Of a stretch of DNA of 64,000 nt, positions 1-9,449 are shown piece after piece. Every line of letters starts with the position of its first letter. Positions within the stretch are counted from its first letter, which is position 1. The translations under genes were made by a program, and so were the position numbers. Below the pieces are notes generated by a model. That model was given only the letters and a program-made list of their open reading frames with translations. It had not been told where the DNA came from and ran no database searches. The stretch is from contig OZ231126.1 of NCBI GenBank assembly GCA_965153355.1, positions 10,354,001 to 10,418,000 on the forward strand, written 5' to 3'. The DNA comes from Flaccisagitta enflata. Its lineage: Eukaryota.

Positions 1-235
1 TTAAAGAAAATTCGAGACAAATTTCTCTGAGATCCACAAGCGTGTTTTGAGGCTCGACTTGAATGGTAAAGCTTTTAGTGTTGCTGGTAATCGGCAGCGA
101 TGGATAAAACGGCACAGGGGAAATATGATCGATACTGAAATCACGTTTCGGTACGCTCCACAAATCAAAACGCTCCGAGATGCATGTTTCGCTAGAGTCG
201 ACGTAGACCGTCGCGGGATCGTGTATTCCGCTCAT
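1..235 (-). CDS. Maverick/Polinton major capsid protein (PY/hexon-like), N-terminal part; truncated by the window edge
   Basis: Not in the ORF track. Manual translation from ATG at 235 gives MSGIHDPATVYVDSSETCISERFDLWSVPKRDFSIDHISPVPFYPSLPITSNTKSFTIQVEPQNTLVDLREICLEFSL, open to base 1. This fits the Polinton MCP N-terminal pattern (C.xS.LDLF..P..Q.SI.....YP.....IEF.I......DL) and the expected position after the core protein gene. Confidence 0.8.
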   Translation of the reverse strand, partial: MSGIHDPATVYVDSSETCISERFDLWSVPKRDFSIDHISPVPFYPSLPITSNTKSFTIQVEPQNTLVDLREICLEFSL

Positions 236-285
236 TTTGATTGACTTCACGCGCGTACACGCATGCGCACGCGAGACTATCTCGC

Positions 286-1047
286 CTAGTCAAAAATCGA
301 TTTTATACGCGAAGATTTGGTCCCACGCGCACGTCCCTTCGTCGTAGACTTCTTGCGTATAACAGCCCCTCCTCCCTTTCCTCCACGCTTAACTTTCCTC
401 CCGCCACTTTTACTTTTTATCGGGCGTTTTCGGGCCCCTCGTCGAACCCCACGCTGCGCCCCCCCTTTTCCTCCGCGTCGCGTTACGCGTCGAGCACCGC
501 GTCGCGTTACGCGTCGAGCACCTCGGCGCACGACGCGTCGAACCCCACCCCGTGTTCGTTTACGAGCCCCCCGCTTGCCACCCACTCGCTTATGTCGCCG
601 TCGCCCGCGTCGAGATTTTGTTAACGCGGATAAACGTCTTTTGTTTTCCGGGTTGAGGTTTTCGACGATGTCGTTGGGTAGCGTGTTAGATTTTCCTCCT
701 CTTCTTCTTCCTCCTCCTTTTCCTCCTCGTCGCCCGCGACCTCCAACGACGTTTTTTAACGCGTCAGCGCCTCGTTTTAGTGTTTTTTTACCGACGTCCT
801 TCACGGATTCTCCTTGCGCCAACGAGCTAAGAGCATCAGCGCCAACGTTAAGGGCTTTTTGGCCGAATGACCGTATCCCTTTATTTATATACTTGCTCGT
901 CAATCCGTCCGCGGCTTTTTCTAGGATCGGGCGGAAAAAACGTCCAATCGAGGCTAGGAATCCATCACCTCTTCCCCCCGCCCTACCTCCTCTGCGTCTT
1001 CTCTCAGTATCGAACAAAGAAAACGTGCGAATAGATGGTCGCTCCAT
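286..1047 (-). CDS. Maverick basic core/DNA-condensing protein (PM / adenovirus pVII-like) with N-terminal amphipathic helix
   Basis: Contains GGRGDGFLASIGRFFRPIL...GQKALNVGADALSSLAQGESVK, typical of the gene between mCP and MCP, plus a very Arg/Gly-rich tail with VTRRGARR repeats. The ATG at 1047 overlaps the upstream stop (TGATG). Confidence 0.7.
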   Translation of the reverse strand: MERPSIRTFSLFDTERRRRGGRAGGRGDGFLASIGRFFRPILEKAADGLTSKYINKGIRSFGQKALNVGADALSSLAQGESVKDVGKKTLKRGADALKNVVGGRGRRGGKGGGRRRGGKSNTLPNDIVENLNPENKRRLSALTKSRRGRRRHKRVGGKRGARKRTRGGVRRVVRRGARRVTRRGARRVTRRGGKGGAQRGVRRGARKRPIKSKSGGRKVKRGGKGGGAVIRKKSTTKGRARGTKSSRIKSIFD

Positions 1048-1946
1048 CACGAGGGCGCTCGAATGTGAAGCGTGATGCGAGTGTAAGCGCTAAACGAAGT
1101 AATTGGTCTATCGTACAAGTCACGTATCAGTATTCGGATGTATTGAATTTCCTGAGACTTCAACGTGATGTATTGCGGCGATCCTCCGTAATTGCGCGTT
1201 ACTCTCAGTGTTCCGGGAGTGTAGGGAAAAGACACGAAACGTAACAATCCAGCTTGACCGGAGGCGATTTTTTGAGGCACACCCAAATTTGAGAGAACCA
1301 TGAACGTGTCGTTGGGCGTTAACTCTGGTGGGTACTTGAAGTAGTCCCGCGTCGTCATAGTCGAGGGCCAAATCACTTGGCAATCCTTGTGGAAGAATCT
1401 TGTCTGCCTTTTATACTCGTACTTGAGCTTCTTGGTCTTATCTTTGGAGATCCCGATGATGAGATACTGCCGACGGGTAGAGTGAGTTGTTTGCACACCA
1501 AGGAGGTCCAATAATCCAGCATGGATTTTCATGGTGATTCCACAGTCGGGTTCAAACGAGACCCAAATTCGAACCAACACTGGATCGTACGTAAATAACT
1601 TCTTTATGCGTCGCGGCATTTCCTTTTTAATCCCATCGTTTAAAAACTTAACCAAGGTATTTCCAGAAACTAATTCTTTTCTTCCAAGTACCACTTTAAC
1701 GATTTTTCCATATGTACCATCTTCATTCTCATAATACCAGTCTAAAATTTCCAAATACGCAGTATCATCGTCATTCATATGTACGGCCTTGTAGGAAATT
1801 TCTGTGAGACAGACGGACGAACCTTGGGGTGCGTATAAAGGTTCATCGAGTACATTGGTGAAGTCACTTGGGGAATTGGGGAATCCATTTAGCGAGTTAG
1901 ACAGCAGGTTGATGTAGCAACCCTGAGGTGTCAACTGAACCGGCAT
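1047..1946 (-). CDS. Maverick/Polinton minor capsid protein (PX/penton-like)
   Basis: N-terminus YINLLSNS..FPNSPSDFTNVLDEPL...VCLTEISY and C-terminus LLRFV...PQYITL...IRILIRD..DRPI.....RITLHIR match Polinton mCP termini. Confidence 0.85.
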   Translation of the reverse strand: MPVQLTPQGCYINLLSNSLNGFPNSPSDFTNVLDEPLYAPQGSSVCLTEISYKAVHMNDDDTAYLEILDWYYENEDGTYGKIVKVVLGRKELVSGNTLVKFLNDGIKKEMPRRIKKLFTYDPVLVRIWVSFEPDCGITMKIHAGLLDLLGVQTTHSTRRQYLIIGISKDKTKKLKYEYKRQTRFFHKDCQVIWPSTMTTRDYFKYPPELTPNDTFMVLSNLGVPQKIASGQAGLLRFVSFPYTPGTLRVTRNYGGSPQYITLKSQEIQYIRILIRDLYDRPITSFSAYTRITLHIRAPS

Positions 1947-3195
1947 TTTTCAAGTTGACCAGCGTCTGACTGTCAATGAATTGTTTGAACCGCGGATTAT
2001 TCTTGTCTTGAAGCAAATATTCTGTTCTATCTTCCCCGATGGCTTTTCCCGATCTAGTTCTCTGCGCTTCGACAGTTCTCGATTCGGTTACGTAATATCT
2101 AGGTTTCTCCGGCGGAGCGTTCGCACTGTCGCTCACCGTGACTCGCGATATTCCAAGATCCTCGGGGGTCGAGATTTGAGGGCGATACACCAAACTCAAC
2201 TCGGGAGCGTTATAGGACCTTTGCAACGTTTTCGCGTCCGCAGGCTCCAGCGGTTTAATTTTAAAAACGGGCGGGATGGATCTTATAACTTTAGTGACGA
2301 CATAAATTTCGTCACTCCACTGCGGGATGCTGAAAGACTTTTGAAACTGTTTTTGCTCGTTTAAAATCCTCACTTGGTCGCTTATCTTGAATTTGGGTGG
2401 GCGATCATTACGTTGGTAAAACTCTACCAATTTCTGAGCATTTTCGCGTCGGACCCGCTCGCGGACTTGCTTGTTGTACACAATGGAGTAGGGCGTCTCC
2501 CCTTGAAACCCGAGGGATCGATGCGAGGATTTATTATAATTGTTAACAACCTGGTCAATGTACTTAACCCACGCGAACGAAGACTCCCATTCGAGAACAC
2601 GGAAGAGTCTACGCTGAATGGAGGCCAATACCCTTTCCGCAAGACTTGCTTTTAGTCGATTTCGATTATGGATTAGCTTTATTCCATAATTATCTTTAAG
2701 GAATTCAGCACAGCTAACATTCTCCGTCCCTCTATCACAATTTATATACTTCACTTTATGCTCACTCACAGGTGGTGATTCAAGAATTTCACTCAGGGCT
2801 GTTTTCATCGAGCTCGTGTCTTTCTTTTTCAAATTTTTCGTTATCAAGTACTTACTATAATTTCCAATAAACACTAATAGATACGCATTGCCGTTATTAA
2901 ACTTCTTGTTTTTAAGCGATTGAAAATCCCCCAAGTCCATGCTACAAGATTCGAATAGATTCGTTGGATCCAACATGTATTTGCGCCGAACAAAATTTTT
3001 AGGAGGCCGTTTCTTGTACAAAGTTGATATCTTATCCTTGAAGAGCCACTCACCCACATCTTTTTCTCTTAAGTGTTTAAACCGCTTTTTTAAAGCTTTA
3101 TACACTCGATTCTTACTGGCAAAACTCAACGGACTCTCCAAATTATAGTATAAATCGCGAAAAACCTTCTCCTCTTCCTCGTTGTTACGCGGCAT
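1897..3195 (-). CDS. Retroviral-like (rve, DDE) integrase of Maverick/Polinton
   Basis: Motifs LYYNLESPLSF, catalytic MDLGDF / CDRGTE / KASLAER, V.NYNKS.HRSLG..TPY and F.KS..PQWSDEIY.V, with a degenerate chromo-like C-terminus. Intact 432 aa. Confidence 0.92.
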   Translation of the reverse strand: MPRNNEEEEKVFRDLYYNLESPLSFASKNRVYKALKKRFKHLREKDVGEWLFKDKISTLYKKRPPKNFVRRKYMLDPTNLFESCSMDLGDFQSLKNKKFNNGNAYLLVFIGNYSKYLITKNLKKKDTSSMKTALSEILESPPVSEHKVKYINCDRGTENVSCAEFLKDNYGIKLIHNRNRLKASLAERVLASIQRRLFRVLEWESSFAWVKYIDQVVNNYNKSSHRSLGFQGETPYSIVYNKQVRERVRRENAQKLVEFYQRNDRPPKFKISDQVRILNEQKQFQKSFSIPQWSDEIYVVTKVIRSIPPVFKIKPLEPADAKTLQRSYNAPELSLVYRPQISTPEDLGISRVTVSDSANAPPEKPRYYVTESRTVEAQRTRSGKAIGEDRTEYLLQDKNNPRFKQFIDSQTLVNLKNAGSVDTSGLLHQPAV

Positions 3196-3198
3196 GAC

Positions 3199-4146
3199 TT
3201 AAAAGAGAGACTCCCATCTTATCTTAACACGCGGGATGCCAAACACACGACCGGATCCACGTTGCGTTAACGTCTCATCCGCCTCGCTATTATTAATCGG
3301 CGTGCTCGTCCTCCTACTTTCCGCCAGGATAGCCGATTCGAACGCGGACGAGTCGTCTCTCAGCTCTTCGAGTTTCCTCACCGCCGCTTCGTTGCCGACA
3401 ATACTCGACATGTAAGGAATAACACTCATCCGCTCAAGTAACGGGTCTATATTGAACTTGAGCGTTTTATTTTTCCGCGCGAGATTATCCAGGATCGGCA
3501 AAGTCTCGCCTTGAATCTGCCCGTCGACAATGATGCTTTCAGGTCCGACGGAGACACCGGGGAGAGCAAGGATCTCTGAGTATATGCGATTTGCTTTATT
3601 TTGAAAATTAGGTTTAATTTTTTGATAAATAAGTCGAGTAACATTAGCCGCCGAAGGCGCGCTTTCTTGTTGTGATCCTTGACTGGATGCCTCGGCCGCC
3701 TCTGTCGACGCGCGGGACGTGGATGCTTGATCTGGGGACGTCCCCTCCGCTCCCAAAGCTTCCTCTTCTAGCGCTTGCTCGTATCGTCGCTGTTGGTCTC
3801 TCGCCTCCTGTCGTTGTCGATCTAAATATTGTCTTTGCGAAGCCACTGGCGTAAAGCTTGAATTTCCCACCGCTAACGCCGGATTTGTAACTGTCGTGTT
3901 AGTGGGACCTGATGACGCCGGAGGTGCGGCTATTTTACTCGAGAGCATTGGTTGAATTTTATCCGAGATGCTCGCCCAGGCAGCTTCGTTTTGATTCTTG
4001 TTTTGTAAACGGTCCTCGATAAACTTTTGCTGGACCGTGCTTAATTCCACCGCGCTGGGAATAGATTTGTCACGTAATGTTTTTAAGCGCTGATATTCAT
4101 CGTCCGATAGGATCCAATGGCGTTTGGACAGGCTTAAACCTGACAT
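3199..4146 (-). CDS. Conserved Maverick hypothetical protein located between PW and integrase
   Basis: Intact 315-aa ORF in the cassette. N-terminal ILSDDEYQRL, low-complexity middle and C-terminal QRGSG...KIRWESLF resemble the protein at this position in other Mavericks. Confidence 0.65.
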   Translation of the reverse strand: MSGLSLSKRHWILSDDEYQRLKTLRDKSIPSAVELSTVQQKFIEDRLQNKNQNEAAWASISDKIQPMLSSKIAAPPASSGPTNTTVTNPALAVGNSSFTPVASQRQYLDRQRQEARDQQRRYEQALEEEALGAEGTSPDQASTSRASTEAAEASSQGSQQESAPSAANVTRLIYQKIKPNFQNKANRIYSEILALPGVSVGPESIIVDGQIQGETLPILDNLARKNKTLKFNIDPLLERMSVIPYMSSIVGNEAAVRKLEELRDDSSAFESAILAESRRTSTPINNSEADETLTQRGSGRVFGIPRVKIRWESLF

Positions 4147-4552
4147 CTTTGGACATTGATTCTTCCCTCATATTAGATTCTTCATCATTCATAGATTGTT
4201 GATTGTCACTTTGGTGGTGTTCGTGCGATGTAGGAGCAATTACGCGTAATAATATAGGTAGCAGCACTTCAAACAGCTTAGCAAACAAATCTTTTCTGCA
4301 TAAGTCTGCTCTCCGTTTTACGATTGATTTCTTCGCCTTGCACAAGCTTTTGATCTGATTTTTGTACACTCTGAGCTTTTCAGTCGCCGCTGACGAAATA
4401 CTTAAATTCCCGACCAGCACATTATAAACCACATCTGTGATTGCCTTTATGATTGGGTTTTTACACTTTTTAAGAAACTTTATTCTTTCTTTCTTATCCA
4501 GCGAAGTTATAAATTCCAAAATTGGAATTACTTTTTTAATTTTTTCACTCAT
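4097..4552 (-). CDS. Maverick PW-like small basic protein
   Basis: KKERIKFLKK..NPIIKAITDVVYNVLVGNLSIS...LRVYKNQIKSL..KKSIVKRR..L followed by an amphipathic LFAKLFEVLLPILL. The start overlaps the ATPase stop (ATGA). Confidence 0.8.
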   Translation of the reverse strand: MSEKIKKVIPILEFITSLDKKERIKFLKKCKNPIIKAITDVVYNVLVGNLSISSAATEKLRVYKNQIKSLCKAKKSIVKRRADLCRKDLFAKLFEVLLPILLRVIAPTSHEHHQSDNQQSMNDEESNMREESMSKDVRFKPVQTPLDPIGR

Positions 4553-5479
4553 TTTTTAAAGATGAACACTTGCATCGGGGATTCTTCGGGTGTGATACAC
4601 GTCCTTAGGCGGTACTTGTCTTTTGTGTGTACCCCCAGATCAACAAGAAGGTAGCCAAAGATAGAATTTTTAGTTAAATTTTCAAAAATTTCAATCACTC
4701 TTTTAAAATCACGGGGAAAGAATTGTAGACTGAACGAGCGAACCATACTGCGGGCCACCGGCGAGTATGTTAGGATGAAGGCAGAACTTTGGAGTACACA
4801 TTCTCTCATGTAGCGGATTGTGCGCGTGTACAGATTATGGACGATGAGTATAACCGTGAACCTGTAGGAATAAAGAGGAAACATTTTCACCCTCAATTTA
4901 TAGTTTTTGGTGATCACGTTGATCATGGATACTTACGATTGATGATGCATTAGGGAGCAGAAGAGGTACCGGAGGAATTCCTGGTCGCATCCTACATAAG
5001 AGAAAATGGGATTTATTGGAAGACCAAAAGGACAATATGGGTGGGGCTGCCATCCCTACACCCTACTTACCTACATAAGCATCGTCAATAACGATTGCAC
5101 AATTTCTTTTCTTTTTTAAGTTCTCCTGAGATATTTCTTCCGAATCCCATCCCTCATAGAACCGGATGTGAGGGTGCTCTTCAAAGATTTTTTGATAAGG
5201 TCCGTGAATAAAGATACATTCAAGACCATTTTCAGGGATATTATAAAAACAGTCCTTAAGATGTTTGAGCATTGATAATACTCTAGTTGTTTTTCCTGTA
5301 TTCGAGCTCCTGTAATAAAAAAGAGACAATAATTAACTATAATTACCATCAGTAATATGACAATAACCTGATCAATCAGTGTCATTATCTCACCCAACGA
5401 CAATCATGTTGCAGGGGTGCCTTATTTTTAAGGTTTCTTCAATTGGAACTCCAAATTCTTTATCTGTAGACGGTTCCAT
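4549..5479 (-). CDS. Maverick A32/FtsK-like genome-packaging ATPase; 4 exons (5394-5479, 5071-5309, 4937-4991, 4549-4861), 230 aa
   Basis: Splicing three GT-AG introns gives a 693-nt open frame: RHPCNMIVVG|SSNTGKTT (Walker A), CAIVIDD (Walker B), LFCSLMHHQS|FTVILIVHNLY, FSLQFFP, FGYLLVDL, KYRLRT. Confidence 0.88.
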
Positions 5480-5619
5480 GATTCTTTTTCATAACGTCAA
5501 AAGACAGAATCTTCTATCTTTTCTATCCTTTTATTCTCCACCTCATGAAGTTTGACCCTTGCTCATTCAAGTGGAATCGTTAATGGGATTCAAGGATTAA
5601 CTTCCGCGTGTGTGTGTGT

Positions 5620-5674
<55 letters not shown>

Positions 5675-5859
5675 TGTTGCCGTTTCACTCTTAAGGTGTT
5701 AGGGGTTGAATGATCTGCATTACGCCCTTGTACTCCTTGACCTCTTTGCACTCCACCCCTAAGCTGGGGTTTAATGCAATTTCCATCGTTACCCCTTTCC
5801 CATCATTACACCCCTTAGCTGTCACATTAGAAATGGTGTCTCATCATTTTAGCGGGAAT

Positions 5860-6097
5860 TCCATCTACTGTGAGCAAAGCTGGTTGTCTGGTTGAGTTAT
5901 TTTGAATAGTTTAGCTCATCTAGCTCATTTGGCTCAGTCCTTTTTTTCTCTGATTTTCAGTGCAACCAATACATACAATTGCTTTTGATTTGATCTAACA
6001 AATAAAAAAATTTCAGTGACTGAGGATAAAAGCATGGTGAAAAGTGACTAATGCTTACGACTTTTTTCCTCACGGCGACAGCCGCCATTACTGGTAA
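5860..6097. repeat. Fragment of an interspersed DNA-transposon-like repeat; longer copy at about 41500-42012
   Basis: gctggttgtctggttgag...cgacagccgccattactggtaa is nearly identical to 41797-42007, where it continues to a TIR-like end (taaccctg). Confidence 0.7.
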
Positions 6098-6211
6098 TAG
6101 TTAGATCTTACGAGCTTTTTTTACCGCCGCAAAACACCAACGTACACCTGATTATAATTGTTAGATCCGGCCGGAACGTTTGCCAATTTTTTAAGTATAT
6201 GGCCCGAGAGA

Positions 6212-6309
<98 letters not shown>

Positions 6310-6339
6310 ATAGAAATGAATGTGAAACAAAACTATCTT

Positions 6340-6386
<47 letters not shown>

Positions 6387-9079
6387 TGTGAACTACTTTG
6401 TTAACGCAAAAATATCCAGCGACCACCACTCAACGACCAGGATGAGAGGAGACACCAAATCTAGACGAGAAAAAGGAGCGCCGAGCGGAAAACGAGTTAT
6501 GCGCAAAAAACGCGTTTTGCGCAAAAAGACGATCGGAATCGACGGAGAATCCTCTCCACAGTCGAGATACGAGGAAGCTCAGCGCAAGTGCCGGAAATAC
6601 GAAATTGGACAAAAGGACGACGCAAAAACGAATCTCGATCGACGCTGAGAACGAAAATGGACAGCACGCTGAGGAAGGCGAGGAATGGCGCGCGCGGTAG
6701 AATAGTATAGCGAATCACTCTGTATAAGAAAACCGCCAATAACGCATATGTACAAAAAAGCATCCCAGTCATGAAAATTGTTTGTGAAACACTGTGACAG
6801 AAAGCAATTAAATTGTAGATACAGTCAGATAGAGTTTTTGTTGAGACTGTACCCGCGTATAACGAATTCAACGCAAATAAAAGAATTCTGTACATGACAT
6901 AATGCAATTAACCCTTTTTCCGCAGTAAAAAGCAAGTTTTTATCAATTTTTTAAAATTTGGCTTCTACCTTTTGTTTCATTTATCTCGGGCTTTGAGTGT
7001 TAAAAACCCTTTTACTTTTAGAAATTTAAAAGTTCATTCAGAACTGAGGCATTCACGACCGTCTCGACCTCCAACAACCTCTACGACACCCACAGCACGC
7101 CAGCGTCTTGCCGTCGATGTCTCCAAGGCCGACCAGAGAACCTTCGCCGCCGCCGCCGCCGACCGCGGCACACGACGCGCCCTCACTCCCCAACGGCTCA
7201 AGGCACGACCTCCGAACTTCACACACAAGTCATCCACACCTTCGGGTAACGACTTCTAATCGACTTCCGATCGTCGCGCCTCATTCATTTCTTCGCCAAT
7301 CGAGCTGGGAATCGAGGTGAAGCAGCAGCAAAGTCCCCTCTACCAACAGACCAAGCAGCAACAACACCCTCGACCCCCAAACACCTCGTCGAGTCGCTCA
7401 ATCCGCTTATTTATGTAGTAATATATTACTAGATCTTAAACAATTTTGTTTCGAAAAAAAAAATTAAAAAAAATTTTTTTTTAATAGTTTAATTGTTAGA
7501 TCCTAAAAAAATGATTTTTTTTTTTAATAGTATAATTGTTAGATCCTACATGCGAACCTTCGCCGCCGACGCCCGCGGCACACGACGCGCCCTCACGCCC
7601 CAACGGCTCAAGGCACGACCTCCAAACTTCACACACAAGTCATCCACACCCTCGGGTAACGACTTCTAATCGACTTCCGATCGTCGCGCCTCTCCAACAC
7701 CTCATGGAAGCTCATTTGTCGAAGTCCTCGATGTCCACCCTGTAACTCGGTTTCAAACGTCTCTACAGCGTGCAATTCTGACCCGAGAGTCTTCAAACTT
7801 CTCAAACACCTTCCCCTTACACGTTTGTACGTCATCCAAGACCGACAGCGATCAACTCGAATGCCAAGCAGCTTGTCGAGGCGATCTGAAGACGATTTCG
7901 ACGAACCGCCGCCGCCGCCTAACTTAAACTGGCGGGGCGACCACAGTTTTTTCTTGATAAACGTCAAAACTTTAGGGAAGGTAGTTCTAAGTGTACTGCA
8001 TCACATCCGGAAGCAGCTCGCGCCATCTCGACCCCCAAGTGCCCCTTCAAGGCCTCCAAAACGCATCTTCGAACACCTCTGCCGACAACAATTTTCAACT
8101 GCGGATCAGGCGCCACCAAAGCGACACAGAATCGCCATCTCCGAGCCAGGTGTACTTCAGTCCACCCTCTATCACATCCAACCGTCATTTTGGACATTCT
8201 CGACCGCCAAGTGCCCCGTCGAGACGCTCAAAGTCGCCGCCTTCGAACGTCCGCCTAAAACGCCGATCGCGCGGCATATAAACGAGGATGAGGGCGCATT
8301 GAAGAAAAAATCTCCTCAGGAAGCTCAAAATTTCAGGGATGGTACTCGAGGTACTCCAGCAGTTCCACATTCGATTTGAAGCAAATCGCCCTACGGGTTC
8401 GGCCGCAGCGTCTCGTCAAAGTCGACGTCAGAATTGACTCCGCGACCGCGTTTTTTACTACCTAGAGCATAAGTCTTCGTCCACCTATAAACATGAATAA
8501 CCTCTCTTTGGCAAGAGATAAGTAGAAAAAATTTGTGAGATCTGCGAACAGCTTCAAAAAATCTTTCATTTGAGTCCAATCCCGTCCCAGTAGCTCAATG
8601 CGTTTAGAAATGAGAGCAATTTGAAGATTGCTAATCACTTCTGAAAATTGGGAAATGAATTGAGACTTTTTTTTGTTTCATGCATCTTTCTAAACACATG
8701 CTTGTCAAGACATGAAAAAACTTGACTGAACAAGAGCCAGTGGCTGAAAAAAGTTCAAGGCCTGCTAACAAAATTCAGCAAAATTTATCCCCTCAAAGTG
8801 TTCCAGACCCAGAAGACGTAAAAGTTAATCTATTACTACAAATGGACTAATATAAAATCTCATATGATCTAAAATGACAAGGTTTGGTAAAATACGTCCA
8901 GAGGCTTCAGAAATCGATACAGTGACCTATGGAAGCAGGCTTTAGCATGGCAGGAAGTTAGATGAAATATCCTAACCATAATATAAGTTGTTTTGTCCAT
9001 ATTTTAGATCTAAACAAGTTCTTAGCCCAAGTGGACGAAGACTTTTGCTCTAGGTAGTAGCAACTTCAAATGCAACTTT

Positions 9080-9449
9080 TTCGCCGAACGCATGTCAACT
9101 TCGACCGCTTATAAATCCTGAACCACTGGGCCGATTTCGACGAAATTTTGCACAGAGCTGCCCCTGGGCAGGGTCATCATACGGTGAAAATTTCAGCCCC
9201 ATCGGCTATCGCCTTCTTCTTACTCGTTAAAAAACGTGGGGGCGTTTCGAAAACCGAAAATCTGTTTCGCCGAACGCATGTCAACTTCGGCCGCTTATAA
9301 ATCCTGAACCACTGGGCCGATTTCGACGAAATTTTGCACAGAGCTGCCCCTGGGCAGGGTCATCATACGGTGAAAATTTCAGCCCCATCGAATATCGTCT
9401 TCTTCTTACTCGTTAAAAAACGTGGAGGCGTTTCGAAAACCAAAAATCC
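9080..9449. repeat. Two tandem near-identical 186-bp units
   Basis: tcgccgaacgcatgtcaacttcg... starts at 9081 and again at 9267. Confidence 0.85.

Larger units (their letters stand above)
1..5520 (-). mobile_element. Maverick/Polinton (adintovirus-like) endogenous virus, morphogenesis plus integrase arm; termini not identified
   Basis: Seven co-oriented, abutting or overlapping hallmark genes. pPolB and the protease are not in the window and presumably lie beyond base 1. Confidence 0.9.

Noticed and set aside
317-1075. 252-aa Pro/Arg-rich plus-strand ORF
   Set aside because: Antisense shadow of the GC-rich core protein gene; no recognisable motifs.
4862-4926. ORF-track N-terminus of the 125-aa ORF, and the starts of ORFs 5063-5329 and 5116-5403
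   Set aside because: These starts lie in introns of the spliced ATPase.
5587-5671. (CT)n tract as the Maverick terminal repeat
   Set aside because: Polinton ends can be AG/CT-rich, but identical microsatellites occur throughout the window, and no partner TIR or TSD is visible.
7030-8580. Pro/Ser-rich short ORFs as a spliced gene or pPolB fragment
   Set aside because: No polymerase motifs and no consistent exon chain; the region is partly duplicated.
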